Shown here piece by piece: positions 46,660 to 57,729 of a stretch of 64,000 bases of DNA (within the stretch, counting starts at the first letter, position 1; each line of letters opens with the position of its first letter). Source of the DNA: Alphaproteobacteria bacterium (GTDB lineage Bacteria > Pseudomonadota > Alphaproteobacteria > MPNO01 > UBA830); assembly GCA_964291215.2 (NCBI GenBank), contig OZ219790.1:2048001-2112000 (forward strand), written 5' to 3'. The position numbers and the translations under genes are program-made. The notes below the pieces were generated by a model, which saw nothing but the letters and a program-made list of their open reading frames with translations, did no database searches and was not told where the DNA came from.

Positions 46660-47226
46660 TCAATTCAATGGGGTTTGTCCAGTTAATTGAACGATCATCT
46701 TCACTGCATCGGATAATGATCCTCCCCAATCGGTTAGCCAGTCGGGAATTGCCTCGGGCGAGACATGCAGCCATGCCGTATCGCTGCCAGACCTCCCACC
46801 GTGCTGTGATGAGATAATCCCCGCCGACCATTGTCGTAAAATCAACTCCTTCGGCAGTACCCAACAATGAGCGTCGAATGGACTAAGGCCCAAGCATACC
46901 GCAAATTCATAGTCTTGATCACGCAATTGCTGAAATCTATACGATCCACCCTTCCACAAGGTGCTCATCTTTATTTCAGCTCGCCGTCCCGCAATGATTC
47001 TGTCGGCGTGGGCGTCCGGAGACCGGGTCACGTCAAACCCTTTGGTAGTAAGAAACCCTGAGACCAATTTTTCTCCGATGGAGCCAACTTGTCTTGACGG
47101 CCTAGTCTTTATCCATGCAAAGGGGCTACCGACCCACGAAGCGTCATCGGCACTTTGATAGTCATTTTGGAGGGTCCTGGAATAGGAGGCCAGTATCTCC
47201 ACTTCCGGGTCTTGGATTCGAGCCAT
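46660..47226 (-). CDS. Putative PD-(D/E)xK restriction endonuclease
   Basis: GEKLV...DAHADR...AEIK..FQQLR. Overlaps the MTase 3' end and has visibly lower GC. Confidence 0.7.
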   Translation of the reverse strand: MARIQDPEVEILASYSRTLQNDYQSADDASWVGSPFAWIKTRPSRQVGSIGEKLVSGFLTTKGFDVTRSPDAHADRIIAGRRAEIKMSTLWKGGSYRFQQLRDQDYEFAVCLGLSPFDAHCWVLPKELILRQWSAGIISSQHGGRSGSDTAWLHVSPEAIPDWLTDWGGSLSDAVKMIVQLTGQTPLN

Positions 47227-48100
47227 TCTGGTCGGTCTCCAGCTGCGGGGCGGCGACGAGATACCCCTCTTGGTAGAAGCGCGGGCCGGCGGAGGCGAGG
47301 CGGCGGGCCATCACGTTCACGGCTTCGGGGCTAATGTCGATAAGAACGGCTTGACGGCCTTTGCGGACCGCCGCCTCGCCGGTCGTGCCGCTGCCGGCGA
47401 AGAAATCCAGCACCCGGTCGCCCCGATTGGAATGCACGCTGACGATGCGATTGAGGATCGCGATCGGCTTCTGGGTCGGGTAGCCGGTCTTTTCCCTACC
47501 GTTGGGACTCACGATCGTTTGCCACCACACATCGGTGGGCGTCTTGCCGCGCGCCGCCTTCTCGGGTCCCACAAGGCCCGGCGCCATGTAGGGGATGCGG
47601 TCGATGTCATCATAGTGGTAGGTGTAGTTTTCCGGGTCTTTCGCATACCAGAGGATGTTGTCGTGCTTTGTGGACCAACGCCGTTTCGACCGTGCGCCGT
47701 AGTCGTAGGCCCAGACGATCTCATTGAGGAACGATTCGCGCCCGAAGATTTCGTCCAGCAGCACCTTGCAGTAATGCGATTCCCGGTAGTCGATATGCAG
47801 GAAGAAGGAGCCGTGGGGCGCGAGCAGCCGGTGCGCCTCTCTGAGTCGAGGTTCTATGAAGCCCATGTAGTCGTCGAAGACATCGTTCCAGGAGGAGGCG
47901 CCGAGGCGGACCGTGCGGTAGCGCTTGCCCTGGAAGCCCGTCCGGTCGCCCTCGTCGTCGCGGACCGTGCGGAGCCGCGTGCGCGCCTGTGCCTTACCGG
48001 TGTTGAAAGGCGGATCGATATAGATGAGGTCGAAACTGCCGTCCCCGAAGCGGGAGAGCACTTCCAGATTGTCGCCCAGATGGATTTCGAGTTTAGCCAT
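47162..48100 (-). CDS. Site-specific DNA methyltransferase (N6/N4, beta class)
   Basis: IDPPF, YPTQKP and DFFAGSGTT motifs. Confidence 0.93.
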   Translation of the reverse strand: MAKLEIHLGDNLEVLSRFGDGSFDLIYIDPPFNTGKAQARTRLRTVRDDEGDRTGFQGKRYRTVRLGASSWNDVFDDYMGFIEPRLREAHRLLAPHGSFFLHIDYRESHYCKVLLDEIFGRESFLNEIVWAYDYGARSKRRWSTKHDNILWYAKDPENYTYHYDDIDRIPYMAPGLVGPEKAARGKTPTDVWWQTIVSPNGREKTGYPTQKPIAILNRIVSVHSNRGDRVLDFFAGSGTTGEAAVRKGRQAVLIDISPEAVNVMARRLASAGPRFYQEGYLVAAPQLETDQNGSNPRPGSGDTGLLFQDPPK

Positions 48101-48938
48101 TGGATACTCTAGTGCTCAGCTCGTTACCGCCCCAAAAAGGTTACCATGTCGCTACCAGACGACAATCATCTCGTGGCCATTATGCCGGCGGCCATAATTT
48201 TGGGGGCTATATGCGAAAATGCCCATTTCCGGATCATAACAGGTCCGTCTTCTTGAGGTAACCCCAGTCGTCTTCCCCTGATCGGCGATCTGCGTCGGGT
48301 GTGATCCTGACGCGCCGAAGGGCGTTCCAATCGCGCTTCCTGACCGCTCACCCCGTCGGGCGCTGCAAGCTGTTGTGCCATCGGCATTCAGCCCGAGCGG
48401 CGGTTGAGCGGCAGCACCCGCCGCGCACTTGCGGAGACAGTCCTGCGAACCGCCGCGCGGCTTCCGAGCGGCACTATAGGAAGCACGAGGGAGCGATACA
48501 ATGCGCGAAGTCCCGTTCATCGGCAGCGTCATTCGCTCGGCCCGTATCATCGGCGGCGGTGCGGGCCCGACCGGTCCGGCCGATATACAATCGCGGTTAC
48601 ATGGCTGCCTGTAGCGGCGAACCGCGTCGTGCGCATGTCGCCGCATGGTCGCTTCAATGCGGTGGGCATGACGATGCAGGCTGGAGCGCAGATTCGACGG
48701 CGGCCCGCGTGAACTGTCGGGCGGCCAGCAATCAAGGCGGGGACCTACCGCATCCGGCAGGTGCATTATGTCGATCGCGTGAGCGATGTTTCATTGTCGG
48801 GATGGTTGCATGTCGCTCCGTCGTCGGCGACAACAGACGCATGGCAGAAACAAACAAGAAACTGCCGGCAGCGGAAGCATGCTTCACGGACGGTCGGCGC
48901 TGCCGGCCCCTGTCCATATCCTTGCGGCGCCCGACGCC

Positions 48939-51780
48939 ATGACGCCGGACGCGTTCATCGCCAAGTGGCGGGCGTCGGAATTGAAGGAACGCTCGGCGTC
49001 GCAGGAGCATTTCATCGACCTGTGCCGCCTGCTGGGTGAGCCGACGCCGGCGGAAGCCGACCCGGTGGGCGAACAGTACTGCTTCGAGCGCGGGGCGCGG
49101 AAGGACAGCGGCGGCGACGGCTGGGCCGATGTGTGGAAGCGCGGCTGCTTCGCCTGGGAGTACAAGGGCAAGCACGCCGACCTCGACGCGGCGTTCAACC
49201 AGCTTCGCCAGTACGCGCTTGCGCTGGATAACCCGCCGCTGCTGATCGTCTCGGACATGGCGCGGTTCCGCATCCGCACCAACTGGACCAACAGCGTGAG
49301 CGAGACGCACGAGTTCACGCTCGACGATCTGGCCGACGGCGCGACCCGCGACAAGCTCAAATGGGCGATGTCGGACCCGGAGCGGCTGCGGCCGGGTGAG
49401 ACGCGACAGGCGGTGACGGAACGCGCGGCGGCGACCTTCGCGGCGCTTGCGCAGGGCTTGCGCGAGCGGGGCCACGTTCCGCAGGCGGTGGCGCATTTCG
49501 TGAACCGGCTCGTGTTCTGCATGTTCGCGGAGGATGTGGACCTGCTGCCGGGCAGCATGTTCACCCGGATGCTGGAACAGGCGCGGAGGCAGCCCGACGA
49601 ATTTGCCGAATTGGCGGGCGATCTGTTCAGCGCAATGTCCACAGGTGGCCGGATCGGCTTTGAATCGGTGGCCTGGTTCAACGGCGGTTTGTTCGACGAC
49701 GACGCGGCGTTGCCCCTCGACCGCGCGGGGATCGAGACGGCGCTCAAGGCCGCGGCGCTCGACTGGTCGGAGATCGACCCGTCGATTCTCGGCACGCTGT
49801 TCGAACGCGGCCTCGACCCGGACAAGCGCTCGCAACTCGGGGCGCACTACACCGACCGCGACAAGATCATGCGCATCGTCGAGCCGGTAATCGTCCGACC
49901 GCTGCTTGCGGAGTGGGACACGGCGAAGGCCGGGATTGCAGCCCTGATCGAGCGCGCGGACGCAGCCCGGTCGCCAGCGGCCCGGACACGGCTGCGGCGC
50001 CGGGCGGACGAGGCGTTGCGCGGTTTCCTCGAACGGCTGCGGGCGTTCATCGTGCTCGACCCGGCCTGCGGATCGGGCAACTTCTTGTATCTCGCGCTGC
50101 ATGAGCTCAAGGACATTGAACACCGGGTCCAGCTTGAAGCGGAGGCGCTGGGCCTTGAGCGCCGGTTCCCGGCAGTCGGCCCGGCGAATGTGAAGGGGAT
50201 CGAGATCAACGCCTATGCGGCGGAGCTTGCCCGCGTGTCGGTGTGGATCGGCGAAATCCAGTGGATGCGGCGCAACGGCTTCGGCGCCTCAAAAGACCCG
50301 GTTCTCGATCCGCTCGACACCATCGAATGCCGCGACGCGATCCTCGCGCCGGACGGGAGCGAGCCGGACTGGCCGGAGGCCGAGGTCGTGGTCGGTAATC
50401 CGCCGTTTCTGGGCGATCGAGTCATGCGGGACGGCCTCGGCCACGAATACACGGAGCGTTTGCGCCGCAGATACCGGGGCAGGGTGCCGGCGTCGGGCGA
50501 TCTCGTCTGCTACTGGTTCCACAAGGCAGGCAGGCTGGTTGCGGAAGACAGGTTCGCCCGCGCCGGCCTTGTCGCCACGAATTCGATCCGGGGCGGGAAC
50601 AACCGGAAGGTCCTCGACCGAATTGCCAGTGAAGGTATTGTTTTCGACGCTTGGCCGGACGAGCCTTGGGTTATCGACGGGGCCGCCGTGCGGGTGTCGC
50701 TCGTTTGCTTCGGGGCGAAGGATGCGGACCTTCCGGTTTTCCTGAACGGTAAGAAAACGGCGCATATCCACGCCGACCTTACGGCAGATGGAATCGATCT
50801 GACGCGAGCTGCACGAGAACGGGGATACCGCATTTCTGGGCGTCAACAAGAACGGCGCATTCGACATTCCGGGCAGCTTGGCGCGGGAATGGCTGCGGCT
50901 CCCCTCCAACCCGAATGGACGCTTGAACGCCGATGTCTTGAAACCCCGAATCGTCGGCAGGGATGTGGTCCAGCGTTCCTCCGACCAATGGATAATCGAC
51001 TTCGGCTCTGCCATGACCGAAGCGGAAGCCGCACTTTACGAAGCGCCCTTCGCGCAGGTTGCCGAGCATGTGAAGCCGGTGCGGGCAAGTAACCAGGTCA
51101 AGGCGCTCAGGGACAATTGGTGGCAGCACTGGCGGCCTCGCCCGGCAATGCGGCGGGCCATTGGTGGTATGGCCCGCTATATCGCAACGCCGACATTGGC
51201 TAAGCATCGTCTGTTCGTATGGCTGGACGCAGGCGTTTGTCCCGACCACCAGCTTATCGTCATCGCACGCGACGACGATGTTACCTTCGGCATCCTGCAC
51301 AGCCGGTTTCACGAGGCTTGGTCCTTGCGGCTGGGGACGTGGCTCGGCAAGGGCAACGATCCGCGCTACACGCCGACCACCACCTTCGAGACCTTCCCCT
51401 TCCCGGGGGGCCTCTCGCCGGATATTCCCGCCGCCGACTACGCTGCCGACCCGCGCGCCGTCGCCATCGCCGAGGCCGCGCGGCGACTGGTGGAGTTGCG
51501 CGACCGCTGGCTCCACCCGCCGGAATGGGTGACGTGGGTGGACGAACCGGTGCCGGGCTATCCGAAACGCCCGGTTGCTCGCGACGAAGCGGCGGCAAAG
51601 CACCTCAAGACCCGCACGCTGACCAACCTCTACAACGCCCGCCCCCAATGGCTCGCCGACGCCCACGCCGAGCTCGACGCCGCCGTCGCGGAAGCGTATG
51701 GCTGGGATACGGATCTGAGTGAGGAGGAGGCGCTTGGAAAGTTGCTGGCGTTGAACTTGGCAGCCGAAGCCGAAGACTGA
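48939..51780 (+). pseudogene. MmeI-like (type IIG/IIL) restriction-modification enzyme with one frameshift near 50814
   Basis: ADVWK..AWEYK, FNGGLF, LGAHYT, DPACGSGNF, GNPPF and FETFPFP motifs. Confidence 0.88.
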
Positions 51781-52422
51781 TCCAAAGAAAGCGTTGCAGG
51801 CTATGAAACGACATTGTTGCCGAAATTGCCACTTCCTTGCTAAGCTCGACTTTGTGCATTACGCTGCGAAGCAGAGGGCGTACTGCATACGCATCATCTT
51901 GTTGGGCGGAATTATGTTTGGTTCCCGGTTTGGCGGGGAGCGCGATAAATTGTTTCCAAGCCAGAGTTGGCATCGTATGGCCGCGATTGCGTCGGAGAAT
52001 GTGACGCTGGTTTTCTGGTACCAGGCGGCGGCGTAGGACAGGTGGTTTGTCAAGAGCACGTCTGTGGCCCAGAGGCAGACGAGGCTGTAGAGCCCGCAGA
52101 GGACGGGGGTGGTTCGTGCGATCGCCGCGTGTGACTACTGGCGTTGTGTTTCGAGCCCGAGATGGGCGCGCAGTTCCTGGAAGGTGACCTCGACCTGCCA
52201 GCGCCGCACGAAGGTGGCGATGATCTTGGCCGGCTCCATGTTGGTGTCGGTGCAGAAGAACGCCTGCGGGTCTCGCTCGCCTTCCGGGTCTCGCACCAGC
52301 ACCTATCGGATGGCCTTGGGAGGTGTGCCGGGACGATACCAGAGCGCGGTATCGGAGATGATCTGGAGTGTCTTTTCCTTCGAACTTCCGTACCAGCGCG
52401 GAAGCGTGATGCTTGTCCAGCG

Positions 52423-53975
52423 GTATCTACTCACCCCTTGTTGGGTTCTGATTCATAGTGCTCGTTGATGATGTCTGCGGCTTTTCCGTCGAGGGCGATC
52501 TGGGTGGCGACGAGTGGGTTGTAGCCGAGTGCGGCCATGGAGGTGAGGTAGCTTGAGCTCCGGCACCATGCTTTTGCGTGGAGCGGAAGCATCCGGACAC
52601 CTTGACCTTTGCCATCCTGATCTTCTGTTCTCCGGCATTGTTGGTGAAGCTGACGTTGGGGTCGTCTGTGAAGCGCAGGTTTTCGTGTTTCACGAGACGT
52701 TCGTGCAGGTTGTGCGCGTCGGACTTGCGTCCACGTTTTCCTTTCGTCGGGATATCGGGCAGTTCCCTGGCGCCCTGATGGTGCGGTAGCGCTTGCGCAC
52801 GGCCCGGCGTCGTTCAGGGTTTTGGATGCGCTCTTGTTGACCTTGTGGCAGACCTCGCGGAGCAGGCTCTTCATCAGTCGCGCGGTAGCCTCGACGACAA
52901 AGGTCAGTTCGCGCAGCAGGTGGCTGCCGCACAGCTGGTGGCTACACTGGTCATAGCCCATGTACGAGGCCCAGGACGCCCTTGTAGCACGGGATGATGC
53001 CGATCTCTTGCCTCCCGGCCGCGCTTGCGGTGCGGGAACTTGCACGTCAGGGTCCCACGACATGGAGCCACTTGCTGTTGATCCGAAAGCCGGTCTCATC
53101 GACATTGGGCGTTGCAGGAGGTGCGCCACGGCGGCCTCCTCCCATGACGCATCGTGAAAGCATAGCCGAGGCCTCGGAGAGCTTGATGCCGGAGATCGCC
53201 TGCACGAACGCGACGGCACGGCGCAGGGACAGCATTTGGGCAACCAGCAGGTTGATGACGAGGGCCTGGATGCCGATGCCGTACTGCACGGTATGTTGTC
53301 GGGGAACCGGCCCTTGGTCCGGGCCTTGCACTTCGGGCATTCCTCGGCGTCGACGCGGCGCTCGACGACCTCGAACACGATGTCGTGCGGCGCTCCCGAT
53401 CGACGGGGTCGACGCCGCAGGCGTCGCAGGCCGCGACCGTTTCCTCGACGATGGTCTTGCGCAGGTTGTCGCCCATCTGCCGGTTCGGCTTCGGGCCCTT
53501 GCCGTTGCTTCCGGCACGCTCTCGTCCTTGTCCGTCTGTGACGGCGGCAGACCGGAGTTCCGGCTCGTTTTGCGCGTAGTCTTCTCCAGAAGGACGACGA
53601 TGAGGATGTCGAGCAGGATGACGAAGACGCGGATCACGGCCTCTTCCGCCACCTTGCCGGCAGCGCCGCGATCCGGGTCTTGGCCGCTTCGAACTCCTCG
53701 CGCGCCGCGTTGACCGTCGCCATCACCCGGCCTTGCGCTTCATCAGCGCGCCGCCTCCGAGATGCGTTTCCACATACAGATCATGCGGAGGCTGGAGCCC
53801 CGGAAGCAGCTGGCACAGCCCGCTCGTCGCCTTCGATCCAAAGTAGCCCACTGGCGGTCCCCGTCGTTCTCAATGACCACCACTAAGCGAATCGGCATGC
53901 AGTGTCAAATCTCCACGAAAACCCGTTCGTTACTCTACCCCGACATCAAGCCGGAACCAGGGGGTGAGCAGTTAC
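52423..53975 (-). mobile_element. IS66-family element, copy 3, eroded
   Basis: Same TIRs as copies 1 and 2. TSD GTCCAGCG (52415-52422, 53976-53983). Confidence 0.9.
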
Positions 53976-54674
53976 GTCCAGCGGGCATCGGGGTCGTCAA
54001 GGCGGGTCTGGAGCTTGGGCAGGGGCGGCCCCTTTTGCCGGGGTCGACCGCGTTTGTTCGGGTCGCGCGGCGGCGGGGCGCGAAGAGGTTGGCATCGAGC
54101 CTCAGCCTGCTGATGAGGGTTGCGCGCTGTCCGATGCGCCAGGCGAGTTCGTGGGTTCCGAAACTGCTGTCGGCGACGAAGACGATCGCGCGTTGCGGGA
54201 CCCAGCGAAGGATTTGAAGCATGCCCTGTCGCGCCCAGTCGGTGAGTTGCTTGTGACGCCGGCCTTGCCTGGCGGCGAAGCGTTCGGACGGGGCCAGGAT
54301 GGTCAGGAAGGGCAGGGCCCTGATGCCCGGCGACCAGGGCAGCGGGACAAGCAGCATGAAGCTGAGCCAGCGCAGCCCGCTGGTCTTGACGAAATGGCCA
54401 TGGCTGGAACGCACCGGGTCGCGATAGATGCCGCGCGCCTTGATACGCGCGCCCCAGCGGCGCTCAATGGTGTCATCGAGCCCGATGATGATCGGTCCCT
54501 GCCCGGCAAGCCGCGCCACCAGCACGAGCACGAGCCGGCGTGAAAGGTCACGCGGGTCCCAGCGGGCGCGATTGAGAACCTGATGGTAGGACGAGAATGT
54601 CTCGCACATCGCCCGCCCGGTCACCCGCAGGCAGGCCGACACGGTGTAAGCGGTGCGGCGGAGGCACCCGGCTT

Positions 54675-56294
54675 TCAGCTTGACGGGGGCTTGAAGCTCC
54701 AGGGCAGGAGTTCGTCGATGCGGCTGTTTGGATGGCCGGCGGCGATTCTCTCCAGCGTGATCTTGAGCCAGGCGTAGGGCTCGACGCCGTTCATCTTCGC
54801 CGTCTCGATGAGCGAGCCGATGCGGCCCCAGGAGCGCGCGCCCTCGTCGTGGCCGGCGAACAACGCATTTTTCGCGGTGAGCTTGATCGGCCGGATCCGA
54901 TTTTCGACGAAGTTGCTGTCCATCTCGACGCGCCCGTCGTGCAGGAAGACCAGCAACCCGTCCCACTGGTTGGCGATGTAGGTCAACTTCTCGCCGAGGC
55001 GGGACTTGGGCGAGACGCGCGAGCGCTGCTCGTCGAGCCACACGCCGAAGGCGTTCACCAGCGGCGCGGACTCGGTCCAGCGGACGAACTGGCGCGTCGC
55101 CGGCTCCTCACCCCGGATCCTGTCCTCGATCCTGTAGAGCTGCGCGATGCGCTCCAGTCCGGCCTTCGCGATCGGCGAGCGGCTGCTGTCGAACACCGTC
55201 TCAAGGCCGCGCCTGGCGTGTGCCCAACAGGCACAGAGCGTCAGCGCCCCGCCCGGGCGATCCGCCCGGCCGAGCCGGTTGTGGCCGGCATAGCCGTCGA
55301 CCTGCACCGATCCCTGGAAGCCCTCGAGGAGCTTCTCGCCATGCTTGCCGCTGCGCCCGGGCGCATACTCATAGACCACCCCCGGCGGGTCCGCCCCGGA
55401 CCAGGCCCGCTGGTCGCGCACCATGGTCCACAGATAGCCGGTTTTGGTCTTGCCCCGGCCCGGGTCGAGAACCCGAACCGTGGTTTCGTCCAGACCCAGG
55501 GTGCTCGACGTCTTCAGCGCCGTCTTCAGGCGCTCATACACGGGCCCGAGGTGGAACGACGCCTTGCCGACCCAGCCGGCCAGCGTCGAGCGGTCCAGTT
55601 GCAGCCCCGAGCGGGCATAGATCTGAGCCTGGCGGTACAGCGGAAGGTGGTCGGCATATTTGGAGATCAGGACATGGGCGATGGCGCCTTCGGTCGGCAG
55701 CCCGCCCTCGATCAGCCGCGCCGGCGCCGGCGCCTGGGTGACGCCTTCCTCGCACTTGCGGCAGGCGTATTTCGGGCGCACCGTGACGATCACCCGCAAC
55801 TGCGCCGGCACGATGTCGAGCCTCTCGGCGCGGTCCTCGCCGATCTTCACCATCTCCCCGCAGCCGCAGGGGCACAGCGTGCTCTCCGGCTCGATCACCT
55901 GCTCGATCCGTTCCAGGTGCTCCGGCAAATGGCCGAGATTGCGCTCCAAGCGGGGCTTCCTCGGTGCGCGCGGCGGCGACGGATTGTCGGCCGCGGCCTG
56001 TGCTTCCCCCTCCGCAGACGCGCCCTCCAGCTCCTCGAACGCCAGCTGGCGCTCGTCCGCCGACAGCTTCTCCGACCTCTTGCCATACACAAGGCGGACC
56101 AGTTCAAGGTTCAGATGCTCCAGACGGCGGATGCGCGCCGACAGCGCCTCATTCTCACCCGCGAGGCAGACCTTCTCTTCCGTCAGCGTCCTGTTCTCGG
56201 TGCGAAGCGTCTCCAGCGCCGCAAGCGCCTGCCTCGCAGCCGCCGCCTGTTCCGGCGTCAGCGTGTCGAGGTCCATCTCCGCAAGCGCTGCCAT
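54675..56294 (-). CDS. tnpC: IS66 transposase TnpC
   Basis: YGKRSEK, LDETTV, CWAHARR and DSNFVENRIR motifs. Confidence 0.95.
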   Translation of the reverse strand: MAALAEMDLDTLTPEQAAAARQALAALETLRTENRTLTEEKVCLAGENEALSARIRRLEHLNLELVRLVYGKRSEKLSADERQLAFEELEGASAEGEAQAAADNPSPPRAPRKPRLERNLGHLPEHLERIEQVIEPESTLCPCGCGEMVKIGEDRAERLDIVPAQLRVIVTVRPKYACRKCEEGVTQAPAPARLIEGGLPTEGAIAHVLISKYADHLPLYRQAQIYARSGLQLDRSTLAGWVGKASFHLGPVYERLKTALKTSSTLGLDETTVRVLDPGRGKTKTGYLWTMVRDQRAWSGADPPGVVYEYAPGRSGKHGEKLLEGFQGSVQVDGYAGHNRLGRADRPGGALTLCACWAHARRGLETVFDSSRSPIAKAGLERIAQLYRIEDRIRGEEPATRQFVRWTESAPLVNAFGVWLDEQRSRVSPKSRLGEKLTYIANQWDGLLVFLHDGRVEMDSNFVENRIRPIKLTAKNALFAGHDEGARSWGRIGSLIETAKMNGVEPYAWLKITLERIAAGHPNSRIDELLPWSFKPPSS

Positions 56295-56345
56295 GGCCCG
56301 CTCGATAGCACTGTGTCGGGGAGCCGGGGGCCCCGATCCGCTGAG

Positions 56346-56699
56346 TCATTCCGCCTCAGCCGGGGCCCGGACGGACAGCGCCCGAACACGACGCCAGTCC
56401 AGCCCGCAGAACAGCGCCTCGAACTGTGCATGGTTCAGCGTCATGACGCCGTCGCGGATCGCAGGCCACACGAAGCCCTGATCCTCCAGACGCTTGTAGA
56501 CCATCACCAACCCGGTCCCGTCATGGAAGACGAGCTTCAGCCTGTCGCTTCGTTTCGCCCTGAAGAGGAAGACCGTTCCCGTGAACGGGTCCTTGCGCAA
56601 CACGCTCTTCACATGCGCAACAAGGCCGTCGTGCTGCTTCCTGAAGTCCACGGGCTTCGTCGCAACGACGATCCGCACACGGTTCGATGGGAAGATCAT
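56346..56699 (-). CDS. tnpB: IS66 TnpB
   Basis: PVDFRK, VFLFRAKRSDRLKL and YKRLE motifs. Confidence 0.93.
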   Translation of the reverse strand: MIFPSNRVRIVVATKPVDFRKQHDGLVAHVKSVLRKDPFTGTVFLFRAKRSDRLKLVFHDGTGLVMVYKRLEDQGFVWPAIRDGVMTLNHAQFEALFCGLDWRRVRALSVRAPAEAE

Positions 56700-57094
56700 G
56701 ACGCCGCGTTCAGCGCAGAAACGATCTCCGCCAACCGTCCCGCCGGCACGGCCGCGTCCAGACGGACCGTAACCCTGTCCATAACGACTTCCAGACGCGC
56801 GCCGCTCGCCTCACCGACACCGCTACCCTCCGCCCGGACAACCAGCGGCGCAAACGCCACTTCCACCGCAGGCAAAACAAGCCGACCTTCCCGCGCCAGG
56901 CGACGCCAGCCCGTCAACTGGTTCGCATGGACGCCATGTCTGCGCGCAACCTCGCGAACCGTCGCACCCGGCTCCAGCGTCTCCGCCACAATCCGCGCCT
57001 TCAAATCATCCGGCCAGCGACGACGACCGCCTCCAACCGGAAGCACTTCTACGCTCCTGAGTGTCTCAACTGAGCCCAACATTGTGAAACTCAC
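56696..57094 (-). CDS. tnpA: IS66 TnpA
   Basis: RRRWPDDLKARIVAETL...VARRHGV. Confidence 0.9.
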   Translation of the reverse strand: MSFTMLGSVETLRSVEVLPVGGGRRRWPDDLKARIVAETLEPGATVREVARRHGVHANQLTGWRRLAREGRLVLPAVEVAFAPLVVRAEGSGVGEASGARLEVVMDRVTVRLDAAVPAGRLAEIVSALNAAS

Positions 57095-57441
57095 CTCCTG
57101 CTCAAATCACAGAAGGGGAATCCCAAATCACGCCTTCAACTGGAAGGGGGCTCAGCCGCCCCGCTTACGACACGGTTCTCTTGCCCGGCGCCAGCAACGC
57201 TCCCATGACCAGAACCACCACCAGCCGCCAGGTCGGGGATGAGAAGGCGCCTCGAAAGGGCTCCAGCCAGTCGATCAGGAACGGCGGAACCGGATCGCCA
57301 ATGGCGCTCGAAGGGTCGTCGAAATGTGTCATGACGACCTTCGAATCCAGAAGCACCCGGCATGCAAGGGCGCCCGCATGCGACCGGGTGAATCAGCATC
57401 GCTGCAGCGACAGAAGCCATCCAATCCGATATCACTGCTTC

Positions 57442-57729
57442 ATGGCCGCATCCGACCCCTGTCTGGCGCGCATCGAAGCGTTCAACAAATCCAGGGGCGG
57501 AGGCGTGACGGTCACTAGGGTGCGCGGCGGCTACAATCTGTATCTCACGGCCACGCAGGCACCGATCGCAAGGCTCCAGCCGAAAGGCTCAGGTAACAAG
57601 ATGAGGATGCGCTACTGGTCCTGGCGCCAGTCCTGGCAGGATGTCGGAGACATGGGGGGCCTCGTGCTCCCGCTCGAACAGGCCCTCGACGAAATCGCCA
57701 AAAACGAGATCTTCTGGACATGGACGTGA
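57442..57729 (+). CDS. Hypothetical protein (DUF3024-like), passenger inside the IS701 ends
   Basis: Intact 95-aa ORF; PIARL...RYWSWRQSW...LEQALDEI...IFW. Confidence 0.6.
   Translation: MAASDPCLARIEAFNKSRGGGVTVTRVRGGYNLYLTATQAPIARLQPKGSGNKMRMRYWSWRQSWQDVGDMGGLVLPLEQALDEIAKNEIFWTWT

Larger units (their letters stand above)
54646..57168 (-). mobile_element. IS66-family element, intact
   Basis: GTAAGCGG/CCGCTTAC ends. TSD GACACGGT (54638-54645, 57169-57176). Confidence 0.95.

Noticed and set aside
54732-57242. 836-aa plus-strand ORF
   Set aside because: Antisense shadow of the intact IS66 tnpABC
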